A stretch of 64,000 nucleotides of DNA from Myxococcota bacterium (GCA_965250285.1 OZ252299.1:2912001-2976000); one strand, 5' to 3'. Shown: positions 16,287 to 26,115, counted from the stretch's first letter. The notes: generated from the letters alone by a model not told the origin. A program made the numbers and translations.

Positions 16287-17227
16287 GCGCCGAGGCCGCG
16301 CCGCTTCGCATCGTGTCGCTGCTGCCGGCGGCGACCGAGCTCGTCGACACGCTCGGCCTCGGTGCCTCGCTCGTCGGTCGTTCTCACGAGTGCGACTGGC
16401 CGAGCGCGGTGCGCGATCTGCCCGTCTGCACGCGGTCGCTGGTGGTCGACGGGCCGGGCCGCGAAATCGACACCGACGTGCGAGAGCGCATGGCGACGGG
16501 TCAGCCGCTCTACGAGATCGACGCCGAGACCGTGCAGCGTCTCGCACCGACCCATCTGCTCACGCAGGCACAGTGCGACGTCTGCGCGGTCGGCGAAGAA
16601 CAGGTCGACGCCATGCTCGCGAGCGACTGGTCGGGCCCTGCCCCCGAGGTCGTGGCGCTCACCCCGCACACCCTCGGCGACGTGTTCGCCGATCTGCAGC
16701 GACTCGGCGACGCGCTCGGCGCGAGCGCCGCGGCGCGGCGCGCCGCCACCGAGCTCGCCGAGCGCGTGTCGCTGGTCGGTGAGAAGACGGGCGCCCTGCA
16801 CGAGCGCCCGAGCGTGCTCTGCCTCGAGTGGCTCGACCCGCCGATCGTCTCGGGCAGCTGGGTCCCCGAGCTGATTCGGGTCGCGGGGGGCGACCCGCTC
16901 TTCGGCCGGGTCGGGGCACCATCGGAGGACGTCGGCTGGGCCGAGATCGCCGCCGCCGACCCCGACGTCATCGTGCTCATGCCGTGCGGCTTCGATCTCG
17001 AGAGAACGCTCGTCGAAGCACGCGACCTCGAGCGCGTGCCCGAGTGGCGCGCGCTGCGCGCCGTCCACGAAGGCCGGGTCACCGCCGTGGATGGCAACGC
17101 GTGGTTCAACCGGCCCGGTCCGCGCCTCGTCGAATCGCTCGAGCTGCTCGCCGAGATCCTCGCCCCCGAGCGCTTCGACTTCGGGCTCAGGGCGCGAGGT
17201 GCTGCGCCGTTCCCGATGCCCGGCTGA
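16283..17227 (+). CDS. Cobalamin/iron-complex ABC substrate-binding (BtuF-like) protein without signal peptide
   Basis: RIVSLLPAATE, GRSHECDWP, TQAQCDVC, EWLDPP, NRPGPRLVES; ATGA overlap with the upstream gene. Confidence 0.8.
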   Translation: MSAEAAPLRIVSLLPAATELVDTLGLGASLVGRSHECDWPSAVRDLPVCTRSLVVDGPGREIDTDVRERMATGQPLYEIDAETVQRLAPTHLLTQAQCDVCAVGEEQVDAMLASDWSGPAPEVVALTPHTLGDVFADLQRLGDALGASAAARRAATELAERVSLVGEKTGALHERPSVLCLEWLDPPIVSGSWVPELIRVAGGDPLFGRVGAPSEDVGWAEIAAADPDVIVLMPCGFDLERTLVEARDLERVPEWRALRAVHEGRVTAVDGNAWFNRPGPRLVESLELLAEILAPERFDFGLRARGAAPFPMPG

Positions 17228-17239
17228 CCGCCTGCCCGC

Positions 17240-18634
17240 TCAAGGCGCGGGCGCGGCGCGCTCGCCCTGCTCGCTCTCGTCCGCATCCGCGTCGGCCTCG
17301 GCCTCGGCCTCGGCCTCGGGATCGGCGTCGGGATCGACGGCGTAGCCGAGCGCGCGCAGCTGCGCGCCGAGCTCGTCGGACAGATCGCCGCCTGCGCGCA
17401 GACCGGGCTGGAGGGCGTCGGCGTCGGCGAGCAGCGACCGCCGCGCTTCGGCGAGCACCTCGGCCATCGCCCGCACCCGGGCCGGGTCTTCGATCGGCGC
17501 GTGTTCGCCCGGATCGGCCTCGACGTCGAAGAGCCCGTTGCGCGAGGCACCCGGCAGCTCCGACTCGAGATAGTGCTGCCCGTCCTGATACACCGACCAG
17601 GCCTTCGGCCCGGCCCAGCTCACGTAGGCCCGCCCGCGGGTCGGTGGCTCATCGAAGATCGCACGCCCCTGCCCCGGCATCCGCTCGTCGATGCCGAGCA
17701 GCGCGAGCACCGTGTTCGCGAAGTCTTCGAGGCCCGCCTCGCCGATCACGCGACCGCGCACCGCTTCGCTCGGGTGCTTCACGATCCAAGGCACCCGCGT
17801 GACGTTCTGACGCAGCAGCCGCTGGGTATGACCGATGCCCTCGAGTCCGTACTCGGCAAAGCTCTCGCCGTGATCGCCGGTCACCACGATCACCGTGTCG
17901 TCGAGGCGCCCGAGCGCGTCGAGGCGCGCGACGAAGCGGGCGAGCACGTCGTCGGTGAAGCGGATCGAGCCGTCGTAGAGGTCCATCGACCGCGTCGCCC
18001 GGTCGCGTTCACCCGGGGTGACGAAGCGGCGCCGATACGGCGGCGGCGGCGCGTACGGGCTGTGGATCTCGTAGGTCTGCACGAAGAAGAAGAAGCGCTC
18101 GTCCGCTGCGACGTCGTCGAGCGCCTCGAGCGCCAGATCGAGCTGGGCGGGAAAGAGACGGCGCCGGTCATCGTACGACTCGAAGCCGCGGGCGAACCCG
18201 AACGTGCCCGCCATCTGACCGCCGTCGACCCAGGCGCGCGTGCGAAAGCCGTGATCGCGCAGCACCTCGGGCAGCGTGCGCACGTCGTCTCGCAGACGCA
18301 CGCCGGGGTTCTTCGCCGAATGCATCACGCCGTGCACGACCGGATGAAAGCCCGTGAACTGCGTCATGTGCACGGGCAGCGTGGCCGACTGCGGGGCGAT
18401 CGCCCACTCGACCCACGCGCCTTCGCGCGCGAGCTCATCGAGAAACGGTGTGGTCTCGCGCGCGTAGCCGTAGAGCGAGACGTGATCGGCGCGGAGCGTG
18501 TCGAGTGAGATCCACACAAGCGACAGCTTCTGTCGCGCGGCCTGCTCACCGCCGTCGCATCCCTGCGTCGCGAACGCGAGCAGCGCGGCGACGAAGGCCG
18601 CCTGCATGCGGCGCAGGCTTCGACCGCGCATCAC
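17240..18634 (-). CDS. Sulfatase / alkaline-phosphatase-superfamily lipoprotein
   Basis: ISLDTLRADH, TPFLD, YDGSIRFTD, TGDHGE, C-terminal LRALGY; lipobox-like TQGC; lacks the C/SxPxR formylglycine motif. Confidence 0.85.
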   Translation of the reverse strand: MMRGRSLRRMQAAFVAALLAFATQGCDGGEQAARQKLSLVWISLDTLRADHVSLYGYARETTPFLDELAREGAWVEWAIAPQSATLPVHMTQFTGFHPVVHGVMHSAKNPGVRLRDDVRTLPEVLRDHGFRTRAWVDGGQMAGTFGFARGFESYDDRRRLFPAQLDLALEALDDVAADERFFFFVQTYEIHSPYAPPPPYRRRFVTPGERDRATRSMDLYDGSIRFTDDVLARFVARLDALGRLDDTVIVVTGDHGESFAEYGLEGIGHTQRLLRQNVTRVPWIVKHPSEAVRGRVIGEAGLEDFANTVLALLGIDERMPGQGRAIFDEPPTRGRAYVSWAGPKAWSVYQDGQHYLESELPGASRNGLFDVEADPGEHAPIEDPARVRAMAEVLAEARRSLLADADALQPGLRAGGDLSDELGAQLRALGYAVDPDADPEAEAEAEADADADESEQGERAAPAP

Positions 18635-19497
18635 GAAGCCGGCGGCTCGGGGCTCGAGTCGACGAGGGTGACGACATCGGCGGCGAGCGCCGTCGGCTCG
18701 TGGAGCAGCCCGAAGTAGCGCTTCACGATGCGCCCCTGGCCATCGACGAGGTAGGTGATCACGGTGTGCTCGATCTGATCGCCTTCCCCCGGCACCGTGC
18801 CGACGCCGAATGCGAAGAGGATCGGCTCGACCTCGTCGGGGGGGCCGGTGAGGAACGACCAGTGGCCGAGATCGACGCCCCGCGCCTCGGCGTAGGCGGC
18901 GAGACGCTCGGGCGTATCGTACGCAGGGTCGACCGAGATCGAGACGAAGCGAACGCGATCGTGCACGCGCTCGGGCAGCGCGCGCCAGGCCTTCACGTGG
19001 CTCGAGGTCAGGATCGGGCAGGGCCCGGCGCAGCGCGTGAAGACGAAGTCGACGAGCAGGACGTCGCCGGCGAGATCGCCGAGCGTCACGGGCTGGTTCG
19101 CCTGATCGACGAGCGCGAAGTCGGGGGCGGGATCGGATCTCAGCAGGGCGTCGCCGAAGCGCACCCAGCCCTCCTCTTCGGCGGTCGATCCGACGACTTC
19201 GAAGTCGGTGATCGCGTAGCTCTTGCCGTCGAAGGCGAGCTCGAAGTCGATCACCTGCCCCGATCGCAGTCGCCCGACGACGGCCGGATCGGGCACGTCG
19301 AAGCTCATGGTCATCGCGGGCATCAGCCCCGGGATGTCTTCGTGCTCGACCAGCGCCTGCCCCCGCTCGACCTGCACGTCGTGGACGGTGCCCCGCACTT
19401 CGTACGTTCGGACGTCGTCACCCGGGCACCCGACCGAGAGCGTGAGTGCCCCCAACGCGGCGAAGACCGCGATTCGTCGCCGGGCTAGTACAGCCAC
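18631..19497 (-). CDS. SCO-family copper chaperone with N-terminal CusF-like copper-binding domain
   Basis: HEDIPGLMPAMTMSF (CusF-like), FTRCAGPCP (CxxxC), SISVDP, IEHT; start uncertain (GTG 19497 or ATG 19521). Confidence 0.88.
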   Translation of the reverse strand: MAVLARRRIAVFAALGALTLSVGCPGDDVRTYEVRGTVHDVQVERGQALVEHEDIPGLMPAMTMSFDVPDPAVVGRLRSGQVIDFELAFDGKSYAITDFEVVGSTAEEEGWVRFGDALLRSDPAPDFALVDQANQPVTLGDLAGDVLLVDFVFTRCAGPCPILTSSHVKAWRALPERVHDRVRFVSISVDPAYDTPERLAAYAEARGVDLGHWSFLTGPPDEVEPILFAFGVGTVPGEGDQIEHTVITYLVDGQGRIVKRYFGLLHEPTALAADVVTLVDSSPEPPAS

Positions 19498-20549
19498 TGA
19501 AAACCCGCCGAGAGGGTCCATTGACGCTCGACCTGAGGGCCGGAGACGTCCTGGAACACGGGGAAGAGCCACTCGATCGCGAAGCGCTGGCCGCCCAGCA
19601 ACGGGAGATACACGTCGGCGCCCGGGCCGAAGTCGAGGCGGTTCCAGCCCTGGTTGTACGGGTTGTTGGCGGGGTTCTGATCGAGGTCGAGCTCGGGATC
19701 TTCGCCGCGGACGTTCGTGCGGCGCGACCATACGAGGCGCGCCGAGAAGCTGAGCCAGTCGTTCGCCATCGCATTGAGCCAGCCCGATGCCTCATAGAGC
19801 GTGCCCTGGGTGTAGCCGACCGAGTTCGTTCCGATGCGATAGACGCCGTGCACCTCGCCGCCCCAACCGAGGCGGTCGTGACGGCCGGTATACGTGATGC
19901 CCCAGACGGCATCCCAGGTGCCCGAGCCGAGCTGCAGGCCGTAGTGCAGGCGCTCGCCGTTCGAGTCGGTCTCCTGGATGCTGCCGGTGGGGAACGTGAA
20001 GCCCGCGGTCATGTGCGTCGACTGGTCCCCGTTCTGGATGAACGGGATCACGAAGACGAAGCGCGCGTCGCCGATGCCGCGGGCCTCGAGCGTTCGCGTG
20101 CCGGTCTCGGTCAGCACATCTTGCTCGCGAATGCGATACGGCAGCGACAGCTCGAAGGTGAGTCGGTCGAGCGGGGCGTAGGCCACGCTCATCACGTGGG
20201 CCTGATCGGTCTGGCGGGTCGGCACCTCGCTCCAGGGCTCACCGAGGATCGAATCGGGCTGGATCGGGTCGCGCCCATCGAGCAGCCCGTCGCTCGAGGC
20301 GCGCAGGTAGCGATACGAGAAGATCCAGCGGCCCCGATCCTGGGGATGATCGTTCAGGACACCGATCGGCGGGAAGCCGCCCGCGTCGTGCAGACGCCGC
20401 AACCCCGAAGCGGCCGCGGCGGTCTCGGCATGCGCCATCGACACGCTGGCCACCCCGAGGAGCATGCTGCCCACGAGCGCGACGAAGAGACGGAACGCGC
20501 CGCCCGGGCGCGCGCGGGAGCGGGTCGTGGCACCGATTCGCTGAGGCAC
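19485..20549 (-). CDS. Outer-membrane beta-barrel 'transporter' (MetA-pathway-like)
   Basis: Signal peptide; PIGV..DH...G.W..SYRY, GIGD, PTGSI, LQLGSGTWD; aromatic C-terminus. An extended -10 (TGcTAGCTT) lies 7 nt before GTG 20549. Confidence 0.7.
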   Translation of the reverse strand: MPQRIGATTRSRARPGGAFRLFVALVGSMLLGVASVSMAHAETAAAASGLRRLHDAGGFPPIGVLNDHPQDRGRWIFSYRYLRASSDGLLDGRDPIQPDSILGEPWSEVPTRQTDQAHVMSVAYAPLDRLTFELSLPYRIREQDVLTETGTRTLEARGIGDARFVFVIPFIQNGDQSTHMTAGFTFPTGSIQETDSNGERLHYGLQLGSGTWDAVWGITYTGRHDRLGWGGEVHGVYRIGTNSVGYTQGTLYEASGWLNAMANDWLSFSARLVWSRRTNVRGEDPELDLDQNPANNPYNQGWNRLDFGPGADVYLPLLGGQRFAIEWLFPVFQDVSGPQVERQWTLSAGFQWLY

Positions 20550-20629
20550 GGCGCGCAAGCTAGCAATGCCGACGATCGGGTGCCCGGTGGATCCACCCGA
20601 GGGATGCTTGCCCATCAATCTGGACGTCC

Positions 20630-21484
20630 TCAGCGCCGGCTGCCCAGTCGACGCGCTTCGAGGTGCGCAGCCTCGAGGTCGGCGAGATCGTCGCGGTAGA
20701 TGCGCCGGGTGACGCGGTCGAGGTCGCCCGTGCGAACGAAGTCGCGCACCCACTCACGCAGTCGGCGCTCGCCCTTGAGAGAGGCGAGATAGTCGATGAA
20801 CGCGTACGACTGCAGATACGCAATGCCGGCCCCGTCGGGCCCGAGGTGCCCGAAGCTGCCACCCGCGAGATCGGCGAGCGAGAACGCCCACCCCCGCTCG
20901 ACCACCCGCGACATCACCTCGGCCTGCCGTCCCGACAGCCCGCGCTGACCGAGAGCCCGCGCCTCGAAGTACTCGGCGAGACCTTCGTTCATCCAGGCCG
21001 GCACGAAGAGGCTCGGCGCCTCGGCGTCGAACGCCGCGTGTACGAGCTCGTGGTAGAGCGTGTGCTGCAATCGACCGTCGACCCTCGTGCCGCCCCGCAC
21101 GTGCACCGTGCCGCCGTAGAAGCCGGCCGCCGGAAACCGGAAGAGCCCCGAGAAGCGTTCATCGAAGATGCCGGGGTCGTGCACGGTGACGACGATCGGT
21201 CGCTCGGGCCGAAGACCGAGGCGCGCCTCGAGCTGGTCGAAGGCGGTCTCGAGGGTGGCGAGCACGTCCTGCTCGAAACGACGACTGCCGTAGAGACCCG
21301 AGGTCTGATCGATGTCGACGTCTTGATAGAGCACGAAGTGCGAAGACTCGCGGCGCTCGTACTCACCGTCGGCTCCGCCGCCGAGCGCCTGCGCGGGCAT
21401 GGGCGCCGCGCCGACGACGAGCGCCGCCGCGGCCGACACGAGACCGACGAGCACATGGGCAGGGACCAACCGCGGCCTTCGCAT
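20630..21484 (-). CDS. Secreted peptidase MA-like zinc metalloprotease
   Basis: Signal peptide; LYHELVH (HExxH), WMNEGLAEY, AYLQS; ATG overlaps the upstream TGA. Confidence 0.82.
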   Translation of the reverse strand: MRRPRLVPAHVLVGLVSAAAALVVGAAPMPAQALGGGADGEYERRESSHFVLYQDVDIDQTSGLYGSRRFEQDVLATLETAFDQLEARLGLRPERPIVVTVHDPGIFDERFSGLFRFPAAGFYGGTVHVRGGTRVDGRLQHTLYHELVHAAFDAEAPSLFVPAWMNEGLAEYFEARALGQRGLSGRQAEVMSRVVERGWAFSLADLAGGSFGHLGPDGAGIAYLQSYAFIDYLASLKGERRLREWVRDFVRTGDLDRVTRRIYRDDLADLEAAHLEARRLGSRR

Positions 21485-22500
21485 CAGCCCATCGGGTACA
21501 GATGCTCGCGCGTGATCTTCGCGATCGCGGCGTGGCAGTCGTCGGAGAGCGTGAGCCCCGCAGCAGCCAGGGTGTCGTCGAGCTGCTCGGGCGTCGTCGC
21601 ACCGATGATCGTCGACCCGACGAAATCGTGGCTGAGCGTCCAGGCCGTTGCCAGCGTCGTCACCGAGACGCCCTCCTTCTTTGCGAGCTCGATGAACGCG
21701 TCGACCGACGCGAGGGACTTCTCGTTGATGAAGCGGCGGGTCATGGCCGCGCCCCGTGCCTTGTCGCTCTGGTACGTCGAGAAGCGCGCGCCTTCCGGGA
21801 ACGCCCCGCCCTGGTACTTGCCCGAGAGCACGCCGCCAGCGATCGGGCTGTACGGCAGGCAGCTCACGTCTTCGCGTCGACACACCGTCGCCAGCTCGTC
21901 TTCGAAACGACGATTGAGCAGGCTGAAGTTGTTCTGGATCGTTTCGTAGCGCACCAGGCCGTGCGCATCGCTCTGCCACAGCGCCTTGGTCAGACCGTAG
22001 GCGGTCTCGTTGCTGCAGCCGACGTAGCGGACCTTGCCCGCCTCGACGACGCGATCGAGCGCCTCCATCGTGTCTTCGATCGGCATGCCCGGGTCGGGCC
22101 AGTGCGTCTGATAGAGGTCGATGTAGTCGGTGCCGAGCTTCTGCAGGCTCGCGTCGACGGCCGCCTCGATGTTCCAGCGATCGAGCCCGGTGTGCCCCGA
22201 ACGGATCGGTCCCTGAAACCAACCACCCCCGGGCCCAGCGACCTTCGTCGCGACGATCACCGAGTCACGCGGCCGACCGGCAAGCCACTTGCCGCAGATT
22301 TCCTCGGTGCGCCCCGCCCACTTCTTGTTGGGCGGTACGGGATAGATCTCGGCGGCGTCGATGAAGTTGATGCCCGCGTCGAAGCTCTTGTCGAGGATCG
22401 CGACCGAAGCCGCCTCGTCGGCCATGCTGCCGAACGTCATCGTCCCCATGCAGATCTCGGACACCACGAGCCCGGTGCGCCCCAGTCGATTCCGCTTCAT
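21484..22500 (-). CDS. Aldo/keto reductase (Tas-like)
   Basis: ICMGTMTFG, IDAAEIYP, IVATKV, IDLYQTHWP, PYSPIAGG, IIGATT. Confidence 0.92.
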   Translation of the reverse strand: MKRNRLGRTGLVVSEICMGTMTFGSMADEAASVAILDKSFDAGINFIDAAEIYPVPPNKKWAGRTEEICGKWLAGRPRDSVIVATKVAGPGGGWFQGPIRSGHTGLDRWNIEAAVDASLQKLGTDYIDLYQTHWPDPGMPIEDTMEALDRVVEAGKVRYVGCSNETAYGLTKALWQSDAHGLVRYETIQNNFSLLNRRFEDELATVCRREDVSCLPYSPIAGGVLSGKYQGGAFPEGARFSTYQSDKARGAAMTRRFINEKSLASVDAFIELAKKEGVSVTTLATAWTLSHDFVGSTIIGATTPEQLDDTLAAAGLTLSDDCHAAIAKITREHLYPMG

Positions 22501-22673
22501 CCCGCCCTCCAGTTCAAGAAGTCAGAATGATAGCCCCCAACGAAGCCACCCCGATCCGGTCCACGGATCCGACGCGAGACGCGCCGAGGCGCGGCCGAAG
22601 GCCGCGACGAGCCTCCTCCCACTCTCAACCGAACGTCCGGCCACCGCGACTCGAGCGACCGAGCCGCCCGTTC

Positions 22674-22808
22674 TCGCGTTTTCGGGGGCGGCGCCCGCAA
22701 TCGAAGGCGAGCCAGACCCCAGCCCCCCCCGACCGCTCCGAGCGAAAACGCACCTGTCCTGCAAAACGGGCTCGCCGCAGTCTGAGGACGACGCCCCCGA
22801 AAACGCGA
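22674..22808. repeat. 135-bp intergenic element bounded by inverted repeats (MITE/REPIN-like or long RNA hairpin)
   Basis: Perfect 17-bp IR TCGCGTTTTCGGGGGCG (22674-22690) / CGCCCCCGAAAACGCGA (22792-22808), extending imperfectly to about 40 bp (GGCGAGCC/GGCTCGCC). Confidence 0.6.
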
Positions 22809-22855
22809 CCCGAGCACCCACGCACGAATGAACCGAGCCCCCGGCGGTCGCCCCC

Positions 22856-23212
22856 CTACAGCCACCCACCGGTGAAGTACTTGAGCGCCCCGCGCCCCGC
22901 CATCGCGATGTACTTCTGGATCTCACGGGCCTGGGCACGCGCGCGAATCAGGAACTTGCGCTGCTTGTGGTACTCGGGGCAGCGGTCGGCGCGGCGATCC
23001 TTGAGCTTGGCGAGGTGCAGCTCCATCGAAGCCTCCCACGCCTTGTCGCCGCGGTCCTTCGCCATCTGCAGCACCACGTTCTCGTAGTGGTTGATCTGGT
23101 TCGTCATGCGGCGGCAGTCACCCCGGTTGCCGCGTGTGCGCACGGGCTCACCGAACGCCGCGACGGGCGCCCACAGGACAGCGAGGATCAGAATCGTCAG
23201 GCCAATGCGCAT
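22856..23212 (-). CDS. Secreted hypothetical protein (118 aa, two Cys, basic)
   Basis: Signal peptide MRIGLTILILAVLWAPVAAFG; host-like codon usage. Confidence 0.7.
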   Translation of the reverse strand: MRIGLTILILAVLWAPVAAFGEPVRTRGNRGDCRRMTNQINHYENVVLQMAKDRGDKAWEASMELHLAKLKDRRADRCPEYHKQRKFLIRARAQAREIQKYIAMAGRGALKYFTGGWL

Positions 23213-23390
23213 GCCGGCGCCCCTCCAGGCGAGATCGGCGAATCGGCGCCGGCGGTCCGGGCTGGATCGCGGGCGCACCAATCTCCAGAGGACTCATCGG
23301 CCGACGGTCACTCAGGATGAAGAGGCGAGTTGCGCGCCGCTGCGGGGCCGGCGCACGGGGGTGACCCGGCCCACCGACCCACCGGATCGC

Positions 23391-23873
23391 TCAGCCCGTG
23401 ACGCGGAGCGTGGTGTAGCCGAAGACGAGCGGATCTCCCCCAGGGGCCTCTCCCGGCTCGAAGAAGCGAGTCTCGACCATGCCCGTGCCCCCTCGCCGGT
23501 GGACGATGCGACCGTCCATCTCGAAGCGCGGCCCCATGACGGGCCGGAAGTAGTCGATCCGCATGTTGAGCGTCGCGAGCCAGCGGCGCTGGTCGCCCCG
23601 CTCGTTCTCGCGCCCCGCCCAGAACGTGAAGAGCGCCATGAAGTCGACGTAGGTACCGGTGAACCCACCGAACAGCTGGCCGCGCGGATTGCGGACGGCC
23701 GCGGGCAGGTGGGCCGAGACGTGAAGCCGACCGAGCCCGCGGTCGAGCACCTCCCACTCGTAGGCCTCGAGGATGTCGCCGACGGGATGGCCTCGGCCGA
23801 TCACGCGGTTCGGTTCGTCGGGTCGCAGCACCCGCAGCAGCTGCTCGGGCATCGGGTCGTCGGTCACGTGCAC
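23391..23873 (-). CDS. PaaI-family thioesterase (hotdog fold)
   Basis: NPRGQLFGGFTGTYVD, ATLNMRIDYFRPV. Confidence 0.85.
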   Translation of the reverse strand: MHVTDDPMPEQLLRVLRPDEPNRVIGRGHPVGDILEAYEWEVLDRGLGRLHVSAHLPAAVRNPRGQLFGGFTGTYVDFMALFTFWAGRENERGDQRRWLATLNMRIDYFRPVMGPRFEMDGRIVHRRGGTGMVETRFFEPGEAPGGDPLVFGYTTLRVTG

Positions 23874-23941
23874 CTTCTTCGTTCGGGTCTTCGGGCTTCG
23901 TTCGGGCCTTCGGGTTCGTCTCGTGCGTGAGCAGACGCACC

Positions 23942-25495
23942 TCAGAGCCGGTCGGCGAGCGCCCCGCCCTGGCGATGCGCGAGCGCCATCACCGTGTACA
24001 TCGGATTCACGCTCGTGCAGCGCGGAAAGATGCCCGTGTCGGCGATGTAGAGGTTGTCGAGATCGTGGCAGCGCCCGGTCTCGTCCACCACCCCCGACTC
24101 AGCGCGGCCGTGCATGCGGGTGGTGCAGAAGACGTGACTGCTCGCCATCGTGAAATCGCCAGGCTTCGGCTCGCGGCGCGCGATCGCATCGATCTCGTCA
24201 GGCCGCGTGATGATCTCGGGCAGGCCGTGCACGCCGGGCAAGATTCGATCGGCCCCCGCGGCGTCGAGCACCCGACACAGCACCTCGACCGATCGCAACA
24301 TGATGCGCGCGTCCTCTGGATCGAGTCGCCAGTGGATCGCTGGATCGAGCGTGCCGGAGCGCGCGCGCACGGTGCCGAGCGAACGGTGGGTGCTGCAGAT
24401 CGCGTCGAACACGACGGTGTGCGGCATCGCAGCGAGGTGACGTACGAGCGAAGCGCCGACCCCGGGCATCCGCACGCCGAGGGCCGCGGGCGCCGACCAC
24501 AGCGTCTCGAGCTTGAACCCCTCGCGCAGCCAGTGCAGCGACTGATAGCTCTGCGTGCCGCCGAAGATCGGATCGACGTTCTCGGCGAACACACCGGCGG
24601 CGGCGGTGCCCGGATGAAACTGCAGATTGCGACCGACCTGGTCGGAGCGATTCGCGAGATCGCCGCTGCGCTGCAGCAGCACCGGCGTCGCCATGCAGCC
24701 CGCCGCGAGCACGACGACCTTCGCGTTCACGCGCACGCGGTGACCGAGGCGACCGGTGAAGGGCTCGACGACGCGCCCCTCCACGCCGTACGCGCGGGTG
24801 CGCGACGCCCGCACGCGCTGCACCTGCACCGAGGTCAGGACCCGCGCCCCGAGACCGATGGCGGCCGGGATGTAGCTGATGTCCATGCTCTGCTTCGCGC
24901 GTGGCCGACACCCGGTGAAGCACTCTCCGCTGCCCCGGCAGCCGCGCGCGTTGCGTTCGACGGGCTCGCTCTCGACCCCGAGCGCATCGCAGCCGCGCTT
25001 GAAAAGCGCGTTGCGGGGCCCCTGCACGGCATCGGGCGTCGCCGCGATCCCGAGAAAATCCTGCACCGCGTCGAAGTGCGGATCGAGCGCATCGCGGGTC
25101 GTGTGTTCGAGGTCGAAGTGGCTGCACCACTCGTCGAAGACCCACGCCGGCGGACGCACGCACATGGCCGAGTTCACGAGCGACCCGCCGCCCAGCGCGC
25201 AGGCCTGCAGCACCGGCATGAAGTGCCCCGTCGTCGTCCGAAGCCCCCCGTCCCGCAGCGTGCGGGTCATCGACTCGGCGGCGTCCGGCCGAAAGTCGCG
25301 CGCCGTGAAGGGCGGGCCCTCTTCGAGGAGCACGACGCGATGACCGGCTTCGGCGAGTCGGTGCGCCACGACCGCGCCGGCGGGCCCAGACCCGACGACA
25401 ACCGCATCGGCCTCTTCGACGAGGTCTCGGTCGTAGTCGGCGAACACGCGCACGCTGCCCTCGGGCCAGCGGGCGGCCTCGGCGACGGCGCTCAT
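23942..25495 (-). CDS. GMC-family FAD oxidoreductase
   Basis: VVVGSGPAG, LGGGSLVNS, CRGSGECFTGC, VGRNLQFHP, SHVFCTTRM, VNPMYT. Confidence 0.9.
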   Translation of the reverse strand: MSAVAEAARWPEGSVRVFADYDRDLVEEADAVVVGSGPAGAVVAHRLAEAGHRVVLLEEGPPFTARDFRPDAAESMTRTLRDGGLRTTTGHFMPVLQACALGGGSLVNSAMCVRPPAWVFDEWCSHFDLEHTTRDALDPHFDAVQDFLGIAATPDAVQGPRNALFKRGCDALGVESEPVERNARGCRGSGECFTGCRPRAKQSMDISYIPAAIGLGARVLTSVQVQRVRASRTRAYGVEGRVVEPFTGRLGHRVRVNAKVVVLAAGCMATPVLLQRSGDLANRSDQVGRNLQFHPGTAAAGVFAENVDPIFGGTQSYQSLHWLREGFKLETLWSAPAALGVRMPGVGASLVRHLAAMPHTVVFDAICSTHRSLGTVRARSGTLDPAIHWRLDPEDARIMLRSVEVLCRVLDAAGADRILPGVHGLPEIITRPDEIDAIARREPKPGDFTMASSHVFCTTRMHGRAESGVVDETGRCHDLDNLYIADTGIFPRCTSVNPMYTVMALAHRQGGALADRL

Positions 25496-26115
25496 GTCCC
25501 TGGCCTCTGCGGGCGGAGCGGGCGGGTGTCGCGCACCGGGGTGAGATCGGCCTCGGTCCACTCGATCGATGCACTCGACTCGCCGACCGGCGGGTAGAGC
25601 AGGTCGGTCTCGATGACGGGCGACTCGATCGACCACGGAGCGAGGCCGAGCGCACGCAGGTTGTCTGCGTGGCCGAGCACGCCCATCACGACGAAGGCCC
25701 GCAGCGCCGTGAACAGCGAGCGTCGCCATGCCCACGGGCTCTCGGCCCACGCTTCGAGCACGCCGCGCCGCTGGTCCGGGTCGAGCTTCGAGAAGCGACG
25801 AAAGCCGCCATGCCCCCGCGCCGGAAAGAGCAGCGTCGACTGCTCGAAGAAGACGAGCATCGAACGAATCAGCAGACGCTGGCGCCGGGGCAGTGCACCG
25901 ACGTAGCGGTCGACGTAATCGGCGAGCTCGGCGCGCGCGCCGGGTCGTGCGAGGCCGCGCTTCGCCTCGGGCAACAGCGCGTCGGCGGCGGCATCGAGAA
26001 AGGCGAGCTCCGCCGCGGAGACGACGCTCGAGGTGCGCGTCGGCTTCGGCACTCCGACGAAGAGCCGAAAGCCGAGCCAGACGAAGAAGAGCGCAACGAG
26101 CGTCGGAAGCACCAC
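25492..26115 (-). CDS. Gluconate-2-dehydrogenase subunit-3-like partner of the GMC oxidoreductase
   Basis: FLDAAADALLP, RFSKLDPDQRRGVLEAW pattern; ATGA coupling to the GMC gene; N-terminal TM; start approximate. Confidence 0.65.
   Translation of the reverse strand: MVLPTLVALFFVWLGFRLFVGVPKPTRTSSVVSAAELAFLDAAADALLPEAKRGLARPGARAELADYVDRYVGALPRRQRLLIRSMLVFFEQSTLLFPARGHGGFRRFSKLDPDQRRGVLEAWAESPWAWRRSLFTALRAFVVMGVLGHADNLRALGLAPWSIESPVIETDLLYPPVGESSASIEWTEADLTPVRDTRPLRPQRPGT

Noticed and set aside
17292..17319. (TCGGCC)4 repeat as a phase-variation tract
   Set aside because: In-frame hexamer encoding an acidic Glu-Ala tail; length change would not shift the frame.
23876..23920. Short TTCGGG-rich tandem repeat before the thioesterase gene
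   Set aside because: About two degenerate 18-19-bp units of low complexity; no function supportable.
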